Assembly: GCA_977017645.1 (NCBI GenBank)
Contig: OZ360226.1
Span: forward strand, 165,726,001 to 165,790,000
Origin: Torpedo marmorata
Taxonomy: Eukaryota
Length of the DNA: 64,000 nt
Direction of reading: 5' to 3'
The position numbers were made by a program, and so were the translations under genes. Within the stretch, counting starts at the first letter, position 1, and every line of letters begins with the position of its first letter. Positions 49,528-62,178 of this stretch are shown piece by piece. The notes beneath the pieces were generated by a model that was not told the DNA's origin, made no database searches, and saw only the letters and a program-made list of their open reading frames with translations.

Positions 49528-49877
49528 TGTGGTGGCCCGCGACTACAGGCCGACGCAGGGAGCGGTGGTCGAACACGGCGATCGCGCAGGTGGCACGTGA
49601 TTCGGACGACCTGTTCCCATAGGCCACAACGGCAAGAAGGGAACAGGCCAATCCCTAAGGATGGATCGTGGCCCGACCAATCCTGGGCATCGCACCTTAG
49701 GCCACGCCCCATCAGTGACGCAGCAGCCAGGCTCGGCCCGCCTATAAAAGGCAGAGCTGACGGCAGAATAGCTAGTTCTGTCTTGACGCTCAGAGGGTGT
49801 GCATCTCCTCTTGAGCTCCAGAACTAGAGCGACAACCAACTCGACGCGCAGAGCTATAACCGTAGTGACGCGCTACA
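49528..49877 (+). mobile_element. Solo LTR (350 bp, CpG-rich) inserted in L1 ORF2
   Basis: TGTGGTG...CGCTACA termini; 4-bp TSD ATAT; two CCAAT boxes (~49648, ~49677) and TATAAAA (49743). Removing it restores the L1 frame ANGDMTIDHLEIN. Confidence 0.85.
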
Positions 49878-51098
49878 ATATGACAATTGATCATTTAGAA
49901 ATAAATGATACTTTTAAAGAATTTTATTCTGAACTGTAGTTCTGATTCTTCTAAGGATTCTCCCAAGGATAATATTGTAATGAATAATTTTTTAGATAAG
50001 TTGAATATTCCTGGTATTTTAAGGAAGGGCACAGCCCACAAAGTTTCACTTTATGCTGATGATTTATTGCTTTATATTTTTAATCTTCAGACTTCATTGC
50101 CTTCTATGCTTTCTTTAATTTCTCATTTCAGTCAATTTTCAGGTTATAAGTTAAATCTTCATAAGAGTGAGCTTTTTCCTTTGAATAATTTGGCACCGAT
50201 AAATACTAACCTTCCTTTTAAAATTGAAAGAAATCAATTTACCTATTTAGGTGTAACAATTACTAAAAACCACAAAAACCTATTCAGAGAAAATTTTCTC
50301 TCCTTAATCAAACACGTGAAAGGGGCGCTATCAAATTGGTCGCCCCTTTCTTTATCATTGGTTGGTCGAATCAACTCTATTAAAATGAATATATTACCTA
50401 CATTTTTATACCTTTTTCAGGCTTTTCCTGTTTTTATTCCTAAGTTTTTTTGATTCCCTTGACTCAATCTTATCTTATATATGGAAGAATAAAAATCCTC
50501 GCCTAAATAAAGTCCATTCACCAAAAACTTTTTTTTTTTAAATGGAGGTTCAGCTTTACCAAACTTTAGGTTTTATTATTGGGCAGTCAATATACAAAAC
50601 CTTACATTTTGGTTATATTATAATAACCGTGAAGACTGTCCAATATGGATATCTCTGGAATCTAATTCTGTTACAAAATTCTCTCTCATTTCTCTTCTTG
50701 GATCCTCACTTCCTATATCTTTAAATAAATTAACTAATAATACGGTGGTTAAACATACTTTGAGGATATGGATATAATTTAGAAAACATTTTGGTTTAAT
50801 GAGATTTTCTCTGTCTAGTCCTATTTTTTCTAATTATTTCTTTAAGCCTTCCATGATTGATGTAACTTTTAAAGAATGGTATAGATTGGGCATTAAATGT
50901 TTTAAAGATTTATTTGTCCTTTGAACAACTCAGTTAAATAAGGTCTACCAAATACTCATTTTTTTCGTTATCTATAGATTAGAGATTTTTTATGATCTCA
51001 ATTACATACATTTCCTAAGAGGACTGATAAGAATTTAATTGATGTAATTTTTAATTTACAACCTTTCTATAATGGTTCAATATCTAACATTTATAATA

Positions 51099-53424
51099 GA
51101 TATTCAAAGGATAATATAGCTAGATTAATTAGTTTAATTAGTTTGCATAAAAAGAAACAAGATTTACCATTAGTTGTAACATTAGACGCTGAAAAGGCTT
51201 TTGATAGATTAGAATGGAATTTTTTATTTAAAGGTATTAGAAAAATTTGGTTTTGGAAATACATTTATAAATTGGATTAAAACTATATATAAAGAACCAT
51301 CAGCTAAAGTAATTACAAATGGACAAATATCGCCAAAATTTTCTCTGACACGTTCTACGAGACAGGGATGTCCCCTGTCACCAGCTTTATTTGTTTTGGC
51401 AATAGAACCTTTGGCTGAATTAGTTAGAAAAGATCCTAAAATAGTGGGTATTAAAGTTGGTATGGAAGAACATAAGATCAGTTTGTTTGCAGATGATGTA
51501 TTGATATATATGACAAAATCTATTATATCACTTCAACAATTATCTATTATATTAAGAGAATATCGTGAAATATTTGGATATAAAATTAATTCAGACAAGA
51601 GTGAAATAATGGCTTTATCTCAAGGTGATTATACTAGATGTAAAGAAATAACACAATTTAAATGGGCTAAAGAGGGAATTAAATATTTGGGGGTTAAGGT
51701 TGATACAAAATTGGAAAACTTATATAAATTAAATTATTTACCATTATTTGTGAAAATAAAGAAAGATTTAGAGAATTGGAAAGATTTACCCATAACTTTA
51801 ATGGGAAGGGTAAATTGTATTAAAATGAATATTTTTCCAAGAGTTCAGTATCTTTTTCAATCAATTCCTTTTGGAATTCCTCAATTTTTAAAAAGATTTA
51901 AATTTTATTATTAGGAAATTTTTGTGGAAAGGAAAGTTAGCAAGAGTAAGCATGGAAAAGTTAACTTGGAATTATGAGTTGGGTGGATTGCAACTTCCTA
52001 AATTTCAAAATTATTATAAAACAGCCCAATTAAAATTTGTTAATGAATTTTTTGATTCAAATAAAACTTCTGCTTGGATTAAAATAGAATTAAATAATAT
52101 AGGAGAAAATTTTAAAGAAGAGATTATTTATAAATGGGATTCTAAATTAATATCAGTAAAATAGAAAAATTCACCGATTATTAAACATTTGTTAGAAATA
52201 TGGGGTAAATTGGATAAAGAGATAGGTGGAAGAGGATTAATTTCTTCAAATATGCCACTATATCAAAATGGACTTATACCATTTACTGTTAATAATCAAT
52301 TATTAAAATTTGGTTTCAAAAAGGTATTAAGAAGATTAATGATTGTTTTGAAGCTGGAAGATTTATTACGTTTCAAAGAATGAAAGATAAATTTAATATA
52401 TTAGATAATACATTTTTAGCTTATTATCAAGTTAAAGCTTTTTTGACCGAGAAATTAGGTCATGCTTTGATTTTACTAAGACAAAATGAACTAGAATTAT
52501 TAGTTATTAATGGAGAAGTTAATAAATTTATTTCTCAAATGTATAAATTGTTTCAGAGGAAAATGCCTAAAATAGGATTGCATAAATCAAGATTAAAATG
52601 GGAATTAGATTTAAATGTAAATATAGATGAAAATCATTGGAAAGATTTATGTAAGTTAAGTATGACGAAAATTATTAATGTTAGATATAAATTAGTACAG
52701 TATAATTTCTTTCATCAATTGTATTTAACACCTAAAAAATTAAAGAAATTTAATCCGACATTATCAGGACTATGTTTTAGATGCAATAATGAGGAAGGTT
52801 CTTTTGTTCATTCTACATGGTTTTGTCCAAAGATTCAAGATTTTTGGTTGAAAGTTAAAAATTTTTTAGATAAAGTTTTTAATATTACATTTCCAATGGA
52901 TCCTATGTTATTTTTATTTGGAGATATTAGAAAATTTAGTATTAAAAAGAAATTAAATATGTTTCAAGTGGAATTTTTACGAATTGCTTTAGCGGTTTCG
53001 AAAAAATGCATTGCTATTACTTGGAAATTTGATTTAGATTTAGGATTAGAAAGATGGCATGCAGAGCTTCGTTCGTGTATACCACTGGAAAAAATTACTT
53101 ATAATTTACGTAATAAATATCATTTCTTTTTGAAAATTTGGAGCCCATATATGAGAGCTGTGGGTTTAGGGATTTGAAGATCTCTAGATATCGGACCTAC
53201 TGGCATACTTGACCTCCGTAATAGAATTAGTTTATAGATGATATTCCCCTTATACTATCTTTTCCTTTCTTTTTTTTTTTTCTTCTATTTTTATTTTTAT
53301 TTATATTACTAGATTAGTGGGGATGGGGGGGTGAAAATGTATCACATGTATTTTGATGATTATATATTTTATTTTATGTATTTTGTGATTTAAAAGTTTA
53401 AATAAAATAATAAACAAAAAAAAA
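51099..53424 (+). mobile_element. 5'-truncated second L1 (different, AT-rich family) nested in the first L1
   Basis: LDAEKAFDRLEW, TRQGCPLSPALF, ISLFADDVL, CFRC..EGSFVHSTWFC; 3' UTR and poly-A; 15-bp TSD CTAACATTTAT(A/G)ATA (51084-51098, 53425-53439). Confidence 0.9.
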
Positions 53425-54333
53425 CTAACATTTATGATATGCTGTTGGTAATAAGAGACGCTCCCTCAGATAAAATTAAAAAAGCCTGGGAACAGGACCT
53501 ACAGCTTTTAATTCCAGAAGAAGCTTGGAATGTAATTTTCAAATCGGTTAATACCTCTTCTTTATGTGCCCGCCACTCTCTCCTACAATTTAAAGTAGTC
53601 CATAGGGCTCACATGTCCAAAGTCAAACTATCTCGTTTTTATGTGGATGTACCTCCTCGTTGTGATAAATGCAACAATGGAGATGCTTCATTAATTCATA
53701 TGTTCTGAACATGCGAGAGTCTCGAGAAATATTGGATCGAAGTATTTCAAACTTTCTCTGCACTTTTTAAAAGTTAATTTTAAACCAAATCCCTTAACTG
53801 CTTTATTTGGTAATGTTGGAGAGAGTGACATAACTTTAATGACAGCTAAGCTACATGTATTAGCTTTTATTTCTCTTATGGCTAGGCGGGCGGTATTGCT
53901 CAGATGGAGGGACGTTACCCCGCCTAATCATGCTAAATGGCTACGGGAGGTTATGTCATGTTTAAACTTAGAGATTAGATGCTCAATTTCCGATTTGAAT
54001 TTAAATTTTCAAACACTGTGGGGACCCTTTTTGAATTACTTTTATAATCTTTGATTTGTTATGAAGGTAGAAATGTTGACTAATGAGGTAATTTATCACT
54101 CTGATAAGAATTCTGTCTTTCTTTTCCTTTTTTTTTGGCCAAACAGCTTCTTTCTTGGTAGTGGGTTTAGATTTTCCTTTTTTTAAAAAAAAAAAAAAAA
54201 TATATATAATATCAATACAATATAATCTGTTTGATTAAAATGTGGAGTACCTTGGATGAAATGATATGATTTAAGTGTAATGTATCTTTTTGGAAGTGAA
54301 ATTTCAATGTTAATAAAAATACTGAAAAAAAGA

Positions 54334-54538
54334 AATTTAGACATACCCTTTTGGCCCATGAGCCCAATTACATCCTACAACACCCGGTACATTTTGAACG
54401 GTGGGAGGAAACCGGAGCCCCCAGGGAAAACCCACGCAGACACGGGGAGAAAATACACACTCCTTACAGACAGCGCGGGATTTGAACCTTGGTCCTGATC
54501 GCTGGCGCTGTAACAGCGTTGCGCTAACCGTGCCGCCC
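54334..54538 (-). mobile_element. HE1/V-SINE-like SINE whose tail is the L1 target site
   Basis: Same SINE family; its tail AAATTTAGAC forms the L1 TSD. Confidence 0.85.
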
Positions 54539-54725
54539 TGGCAATGCAGAAAATCCATGAATGTGAAGGGCAGGAATTTACAACTTAAACCCACAACTTT
54601 CCTCTTTGAAACCTGGACCAGAGGTACACATTTAACATTGAGTGTTAAAAAAAGTTACTTTGTTAAGTTTGCACAGGATTAGAGAGATGATAAAGCTTAC
54701 AACAAAGCACAGTAATCATACTTAC

Positions 54726-54814
54726 TTTAGTGGAGATCTATTCTCCACTTCAGCCTTTAGATGCAAATTCTCTCTCACAAGATCACCATTCTGAATACGA
54801 AGTTTTCGGTTTGC
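54726..54814 (-). CDS. OBI1: OBI1 penultimate coding exon (89 nt; ANRKLRIQNGDLVRENLHLKAEVENRSPL-K)
   Basis: Not in the ORF track; found by hand. Acceptor ccatAG|GCA, donor AA|GTAAGT. Phase 0 in and phase 2 out links the flanking exons exactly; the peptide resembles the OBI1 segment ANKKLKLENGGLVRENLRLKAEVDNRSPQK as recalled. Confidence 0.92.
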
Positions 54815-55994
54815 CTATGGGTGGAAAAAAATGATTTAAAATATCAAAGCATTATTATGAATGCTGAAGGGGTGAATCAAAGAAGAGTCATTGCACCAAA
54901 AAGGTTTAATGTCAAAATAAAAATCGACAAGTTCAACTGTGAAATGTTTACCTTTCCAAGGCACATTATGCACAAGGTTACGTGAAGTAAAGTCAGTTTT
55001 GCAGCACAGAAATTGACCTTTTGGCACAACTTGTCCATGCCGACTAAGTTTCCTTCCAAGCCAGTCCCATTTGCCTGTGTTTGGCCCATATCCCTCTGAA
55101 GCTTTCTTAAATAGGACAGGGTACACCTTTGAGAGATCTTTCCCCTCATCTCAATATACACATTTCATTTTAAATTAATTAGATTTTGGAAATGAATATT
55201 TTATGGAAAAATGCAGAATATATCTTTAACACTTCAATGGCAGCTGAGAGCTATCAAGGGAATGTGATAATGGTAAAATCATGTTTCTTGCACTTTGAAA
55301 GTAGTACACAATGACAATGTGCATGCATCAAGAAAATTGCTCAATAGCTATTAGGACAAGAAGAAAAGCATTAATTCATGTCTCAAAAGGCAATCCTTGA
55401 AGTGTAAATACAATTTGTGCAGCAGTCAGTGACCTTGCTTCACGACACAGCAGGTGACACAAGGCAGGATTTCTCAAAAAGAAACATATACCTTCCAACT
55501 TTCATTCCACAGGCCTTTCAACTCTAAATTAAATGGTTTTCAGTGCATACCACCACAAGAAGATGCACAGAATTATTGGCAATAGTGGACTGTCACCAAG
55601 TCCACCTCCAGCTCGAAAGAAACCATGATTACTACACTGTTCGAATGATTATCTTTAACTTTTCTGGGCCTACACTAATTGGGAAGAGTGGGAGTGTCAG
55701 AGTTCAACTAAAATCAACAGGGAAAAGTAGTTCAGCACTCAGTTTCACTTTATATTTAATGTTACCTTTCAACGAAAAGCACACTGTGTTCTTCCACACA
55801 GCGCTCTGAAGTAATATCCTCACCTAAGTAGAAAAGGTTAGAAAATGCTTTTATGAAAAAATCTGAAAAGGAGAATATCACATTTTTCCACATGGGTTTT
55901 TGTTTCTGTATTTACTCTGGAACGGGCACAGAGTCTATAGAAGTGAGGCAAACAAGCAATGAGGCCATGGAACCTATATACTGTAGATTGAAGA

Positions 55995-58900
55995 AGTGAA
56001 GGTGCTTGCTGAATTAAGGCAGGTGAGGGTGAATAAATCCCAGAGCCTCGCAAGGTATTCCCTCAGAACTTGAGGGAATCAAAACCCTCCCCACATCTAC
56101 AGCGAACACTGCCGTCGGATGGCAGCAGCAATCATCAAAGACCCACACACCCAGCGCACGTTCTGTTCTCACTGCTGCCATCAGGAGAGAGGTATAGGTG
56201 CCTCAAGACTCGCACCACCAGGTTTACGAACAGCTGCTTCCCCTCTACCATCAGAATCCTCAACGACAAAGTCAAATCAGAGGCTCATTTAAGGACTCTT
56301 ACTTGTGCACTTTATTGATTTTTCTTTGCTCTCTCTGTATTGCAGTTTCATTCGTTACCTGTTAGCAGTTCTTTTGATTGTTTACATGTTTACGCTGTGT
56401 AGTGTTACTTTTGCACTACCAATTCTGGGTTTGAGTTATAGGGAAAGGTTGAACAGGCTGGGACTTTATTCCCTGGAGCGTAGAAGGTTGAGGGGTGATT
56501 TGATAGAGGTATTTAAAATTATGAAGGGGAAAGATAGAGTCAATGTGGACAGGCTTTTTCCATTGAGAGAGGGGAAGATTCAAACAAGAGGGCATGGATT
56601 GAGATTGAAGGGGGAAAAATTTAGAGGAAACATGAGGGGGAATTTCTTCACTCAGAGGGTGGTAGGAGGGTGGAACGAGCTTCCGGCCGAAGTGGTAGAT
56701 GCAGGTTCAATTTTAATGTTTAAGGAAAAGTTGGATAGGTATATGGACGAGAGAGGTATGGAAGGTTATGGGCCGGGTGCGGGTCAGTGGGACTAGGTGG
56801 GAGAATGTGTTCGGCATGGACTCGAAGGGCCGAACTGGCCTGATTCTGTGCTGTAAATGTTATATGGTTATATGGTTATAATTAGTGGTAATTCTGCTGC
56901 GCCCGCAGGAAAAAAGAATCTCAGGGTTGTATGTGACGTCATGTATGTACTCTGACAATAAATCTAAATCTGAAATCTGAATCTGTAGAAATTGCAGGGG
57001 CCCGAGCAGGTACATTTCATATTTCCTCAGCCACGGGCAAGGTGCTCTGTTGTTTAAAAAAGGCTCTAAAATAATCTGGAAAATTCTAGGCAAGTAAGCC
57101 TGATGTCAGTTGTGGTCAAGTTATTGGAAGGTGTTCTAAGAGATCGGATATACAAGTATTTGGATAGACAAGGACTGATTATGTATAGTCAACATGGCTT
57201 TGTGTATGGTAGGTTGTGGTTAACTAATCTTAAGAGTTTTTCGAGATTACCAGAAAAGTTGATAAAGGAAAGGCTGTGGATGTTGACCTGCATGGGAGGT
57301 TAGTCTGGAAGATTCAGTCGCTTGGTGTTCATGGTGAGGTAATAAATTGTATTTGTTATGGTCCATGACTGACCATTTGGACTGCGGACGGTCAGCAGGA
57401 AGGATGAAGTCTTTTGGAGTACACACTGGGACCTGGTACTGAAAGAGTTAACTTGCCCAGGACTTCATGTACTCACAGAGAGAGAGAGAGAGAGAGACTG
57501 TGGAGAGATACTTTGTTGCACTTTTGAAAAAGCAGGTGCAAACCTCTGTAAAAAGCATTCAGTTTTGGATTTGCAAAGGCTAGAGAACACAGCAAAATCT
57601 AGGCTTGTGCATCCCAGGGAAAAAGGCTGGGAGAATAGCACATGGCCTCCTGTCTCAGCAAAATCCTGAGTTAAAGCAACTTTTGTGGAGAACAGGCGTG
57701 AGATCAGCGAGACCAGCTGTGAGATCCAAGTACACGCCTCAATCAGTGGTATACTGATTTGGAGTCGCAATCCTCGTGAATCTCTACCAGAAGGGAAAGT
57801 CATCAGAGAAGAAAAGCAAGCCAAGTATTCGTAAGCATAAACAGTCATTGTCTCTCTCCAACGTTCATTAAGAAGTCCTTCTTGCCAGCACACAGAGCTG
57901 AATTTGGATCCTGAACATAGAGAGTGAATTTTTGTGGACTATTATTTTTGACTGACTGACTTGTTTTTATGACTGACCTGGGGTTTTTGGGGAAAGTTTT
58001 TTTCCCCCCATTTTTACATGAGGGTTGGGCACAGACTGTAATGGTCTGGGCTTTACACACACGCACACACACCTTTTAGATAAGAATAGACGTTTATAGT
58101 GGGGTTAATTGTTGTGAAATTATATGTTTAATTGTCTTTAATAAATATAAATTTCAATTTTACCCCTTTTGCATTGCGTCTTCTGTCGTTGCTGGTTTGA
58201 TATTGTAACAGATTAGACATTGGCTTTACGGGAGAAGCCAGACAGTGGTAGTGGGTGATTGCCTCTCTGACTGGAGGCCTGTGACTATTGGTGTGCCTCA
58301 AGGATCGGTGCTGGGTCCATTGCTGTTTGTCATCTATATCAATGATCTGGATGTTAATGTGGTAAATTGGATCAGCAGGTTTGCAGATAACACAAATGTT
58401 GGAGGTGTAGTGGACAGTGAGGAAGTCGTTCAAAACTTGCAGAGGGATCTGGACCAGCTGGAAAAATGGGCTGCAAAATGGCAGATGGAATTTAATGCAG
58501 ACAAATGAGGTGCTGCAATTTGGAAGGACAAACCAAGGTAGGACATACACAGTAAACAGTCGGGCACTGAGAAGTGTGGTAGAACAGAGGGATCTGGGAA
58601 TACAGATACACAATTCCCTGAAAGTGGTGTCACAGGTAGATAGGGTTGTAAAAAGAGCTTTTGACTTATTGGCCTTCATAAATCCAAGTATTGAGTATAG
58701 GAGTTGGCATATTATGGTGAAGTTGTACAAGACATTGGTGAGGCCAAATTTGGAGTATTGTGTGCAGTTTTGGTCACCTAATTACAGGAAGGATATCAAT
58801 AAGATTGAAAAGTGCAGAGGAGATGTACAAGGATTTTTAGCAGGCCAATCGATTCTCAAGGAGAGAGAGTTACGCACAGGTCGAGGAGAAGAGTTTAAAA

Positions 58901-59510
58901 AGGAGCATTTGCAGGGCTCGGCGCTTTAGTGGACCAATCGAATCACGATTCGTTAGCAGGAAAAAATAAAAATAAAGAGGGCACAAGTGGAGCAGCCATT
59001 GTGTTAGTGGGCCAGTGTAGCAGTGTGAGCTCTGGGCTTTGGCTCCAGGGTCTTCAGCTGCAGAGGCTGAGTACATGCGACACTAAGATCTTTTCATAAC
59101 AATCCAGAGTAGGCAGTGGCAGCTAGGGTAATGGTATGCTCCAAGTGCAGGATGTGGGAAATCTGGGACAGAGTGTGTTCCTGATGACAACACCTGCAAG
59201 AAGTGCAATCAGCTGCAGCTCCTTACAAACCATGAAAGGGAACTGGAAGTCTGGAACTGGATGAACGCCAGATCATTCAGGAGGCAGAGGGGGTGATAGA
59301 CAGAAGCTACAAGGAGACGGTCACACCGAAGAGACAGGTAACTGGGTGACTGTTAGGAGAGGGAAGGGGAATAGGCAGTCAGTGCAGAACACCCCTACAG
59401 CCGTTCGCCTCAACAATAAGTATACCTTTTTGGATAATGTTGGGGAGGGGGAAAATAATCTACCAGGGACAAGGCGCAGTGGTCAGGTCTGTTTGGAATA
59501 CGCCACCTGG
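55995..59510 (+). mobile_element. CR1 LINE segments hosting a Rex/Babar 3' end (~56080-56985), a younger CR1 3' end (~56424-56878) and a solo LTR; a CR1 5'/ORF1-like part follows (~58840-59510)
   Basis: RT motifs GVPQGSVLGPLLFVIYINDLD and LVRPNLEYCVQFWSP; an intact CR1 C-terminus LSYRERLNRLGLYSLERRRLRGDLIEVFKIMKG...AGQWD; Rex-type IIKDPHHP/SLLPSGERYR; Cys-rich ORF1-like start at ~59130. Confidence 0.75.
57354..58210 (+). mobile_element. Solo LTR of the same Gmr1-like family as 22413-28919
   Basis: TG...CA termini; colinear with both LTRs of the full element; 4-bp TSD TATT/GATT inside CR1 ORF2. Confidence 0.92.
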
Positions 59511-60283
59511 AGGGTCAACAGAAACAGCAATGTCAGAAGGGAAACCGGAAGCGTTTGAACAGTAAAACACTGGAGGGCAGGAGGAGTGAGCAGTGAAGTG
59601 GGAGACCTCTTTCAAAGAACTGGTGCAGGCATAGCGGGCCCATTGACTTCTTTTCTCTGCGATCGTGATGCAGCCTCGATTCTGACTGCGAGTTCTGTCT
59701 GAGTTTCTGACAGATGCTCTGGCTTTCTCCTACATCCCAAAGGTTAATTGGGTGCTGGAAGTTACCTATTAGCGTAGACAAAAGAATTAAAGGGGAATTG
59801 ATAGACATGTTGGAGAGAATGTGCCAGGGCTTCAGGGAAATAAGGAGGGGGAATAGAACTAATGGGATTGCTCTCCTGGGAGCCAGCAGTGACCCAATGG
59901 TCAAACAGCCTCCTGCTCTGTGTCAGCAGATAAGTAACACATTACATAACAAATTGCCTGATATATCTGGCATATCAGATATATAAACATTATATATTTA
60001 TTACATATTATTAACAATGTTAAGCAAGTTAAACAGTGCTCAATTTGTACGTGATGATATTGTAGTAATTTTTTTTTTCATTTACAATCTATGGACTTCA
60101 CGGGCAATCTATGTGCTTATTGCTCATCTTCTCTTGGCTTTAGGCAGGAATGCTGAGCCCCATGGTGTTCTTGGGTGGGGATTTCTGGGATACGGATCCA
60201 GTATCAGTGAAGTGAGTGCTTCCCGGTCAGGACGGTGAGCAGCTGGGGTGGGCACTGATGGAGTTGCCTTTGTCCTTCTAGGA

Positions 60284-60576
60284 CAGTGGTTTTCAAACTT
60301 TTTCTTTCCACTCACATACTCATAGAACCACAGCTCTAGACCCAATTGTTACTGAATATTTTGCTTGAGAAAAATTGTCATTGGCCCATTTCCTTTGGAG
60401 TTATGAAACCGTGCACATAACGAGTCAATTAGGTACAATTAAAACAGTAGTTTTCAAACTTTTTCTTGCCACTCACATACCACCTTAAGTAATCCCTTAC
60501 TTATCACAGAGCACCTATGGCATAGGGATCACTTAAAGTGGTATGTGATTGGAAAGAAAAAGTTTGAAAACCGCTG
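60284..60576. mobile_element. hAT MITE related to 22138-22287, with a duplicated left end
   Basis: Perfect 8-bp TSD TTCTAGGA (60276-60283, 60577-60584); left TIR at 60284 and again at 60445; right TIR ends at 60576. Confidence 0.88.
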
Positions 60577-60789
60577 TTCTAGGAGGTAGAGATTGGAGCA
60601 TTGGGAGTTGTCGTGCTGGCCTTGGCACTGGTGGTGGGATTGGATGCTTAGGGTGATGGACAGGATACCAATCAAATGCGTTGGCTCAGATAGGTGTTGA
60701 GTTTCTTGAGCATCATTGAAGCTTTACACATCCAGGAAATTGGTATTGTTTGTTATTAAATTTAAAATTTGTACATTTAATTTTTTTTA

Positions 60790-61281
60790 AATTTAGACAT
60801 AGAGCACGCTTTTCCTTTCTTTTTCCCTTGCCTTTATGTTTTAGGGGTATGTCAGTTTTATGTGGCCGTTGCTTGATTGCTCTTTGTATTACTTCTGAGA
60901 GGGGACTCAATGACATTTGTAATTATAATTTTCTTTATTATTATCCTTGTATTGTACTTATTGTATACTCTTGCACTGATTGCCTCTGTATTGTTTGGCC
61001 TTATATGTTTTAAAAATCAATAAATAAAAATAAAACAGGAAACATACAGCACGGTAACAGGCCCTTTCAGCCCATGAGTCCGTGCCGCCCAATTTACACC
61101 CAATTAACCTACACCCCCGGTACGTTTTGAACGGTGGGAGGAAACCGGAGCCCCCGGGGAAAACCCACGCAGACACAGGGAGAACGTACCAACTCCTTAC
61201 AGACAACGCGGGATTCGAACCCTGGTCCTGATCGCTGGCGCTGTAACAGTGTTGTGCTAACCGCTATGCTAACCGTGCTGC
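60790..61281 (-). mobile_element. HE1-like SINE with a short plus-strand polyadenylated (L1-like 3' UTR) insertion in its tail (60809-61041)
   Basis: 12-bp TSD ACATA(G/C)AGCACG at 60797-60808 and 61042-61053; the insert ends AATAAATAAAAATAAAA. Confidence 0.75.
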
Positions 61282-62178
61282 ATATTGTGACTATGCAGAT
61301 TAGTGGGTAATATATGTATCTGTTGCATTGATGCCTTTAATCAGCCAACCTCTTCTTTTAAAGGTACATTAGATAACTTTTCTCAGTGTCTACTTTGGCC
61401 CAGTGCCCATTTTGACTGGTCAATCACCCAGGAAGGTCCTCCAAGTTTGACTGTATTAAAACATAATATAAATGAGAGGATCGTGTAAGCTCAAGGCAGT
61501 TTTAGAAGCTCTGCCCCATCATGTATTTCCCCAAATTGAACCAATAGCTAAATCCAGGGTGTTTATTTTTAAAAGATTAATTTGAAAGTAAAGGAAAAGG
61601 AAAGAAATACAGAATCCACAAGGAGCAGAACCCAGGGAAAGCTGCCAGACATCCCTGGCGTCATCGTCAGTGAAATTGAGAACCTCTGACAATTATTAAA
61701 CTCAATGACGACGACAATGCAGCAGCCTTAAATGAAGGTTACTGTAGTTTGTTATCATGTGGTGAGGTGTGTCCCTAAAACGTGGTGTTGTGCGAATCAT
61801 GCAAATCCTCTACTTTTATTAGTAGATGACTTCGTCTCTTCATGTGAGTGGAAATATAATTACACCACTGTGCAACTCAGTCCCTTTATCCAGTTGTGCC
61901 TCATTTGCCCTTTTCCTCTCTAAGAGAATTAAAGAAGTTTATAGAATTGTATTGGAATACTGCTTTGAAACATTTGCAAGGCGTGGGATACGAGCCTCAT
62001 TAAGACAAGTGGGATTAATTGCAGACAGACATTGTGATCAGCATTGACGAGCTGGGCCAAAGGAGACCATTTCTGTGCTGCATGTTTCCATGATAAATTC
62101 AACCTTTACTGGAACTATACTCCCCTGCATCCCATCTTACTTCACCCACCCAAGTAAAAACGTGTGGAAGATACGTAC

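Larger units (their letters stand above)
46086..54331 (+). mobile_element. Near full-length decayed L1-clade LINE, antisense to OBI1, hosting three nested insertions
   Basis: ORF1 from ATG 46237 to 47056 (IDRAHRSL...PRSVIVCFH...KIRIVEDYS). ORF2 from ATG 47668: endonuclease LQETH, NVYAPN, IGGDFN, ISDHAP; internally deleted RT with SLYADD; C-terminal RCDKC..H. AATAAA/A-rich tail; 11-bp TSD GAAATTTAGAC (46075-46085, 54332-54342). Confidence 0.88.
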
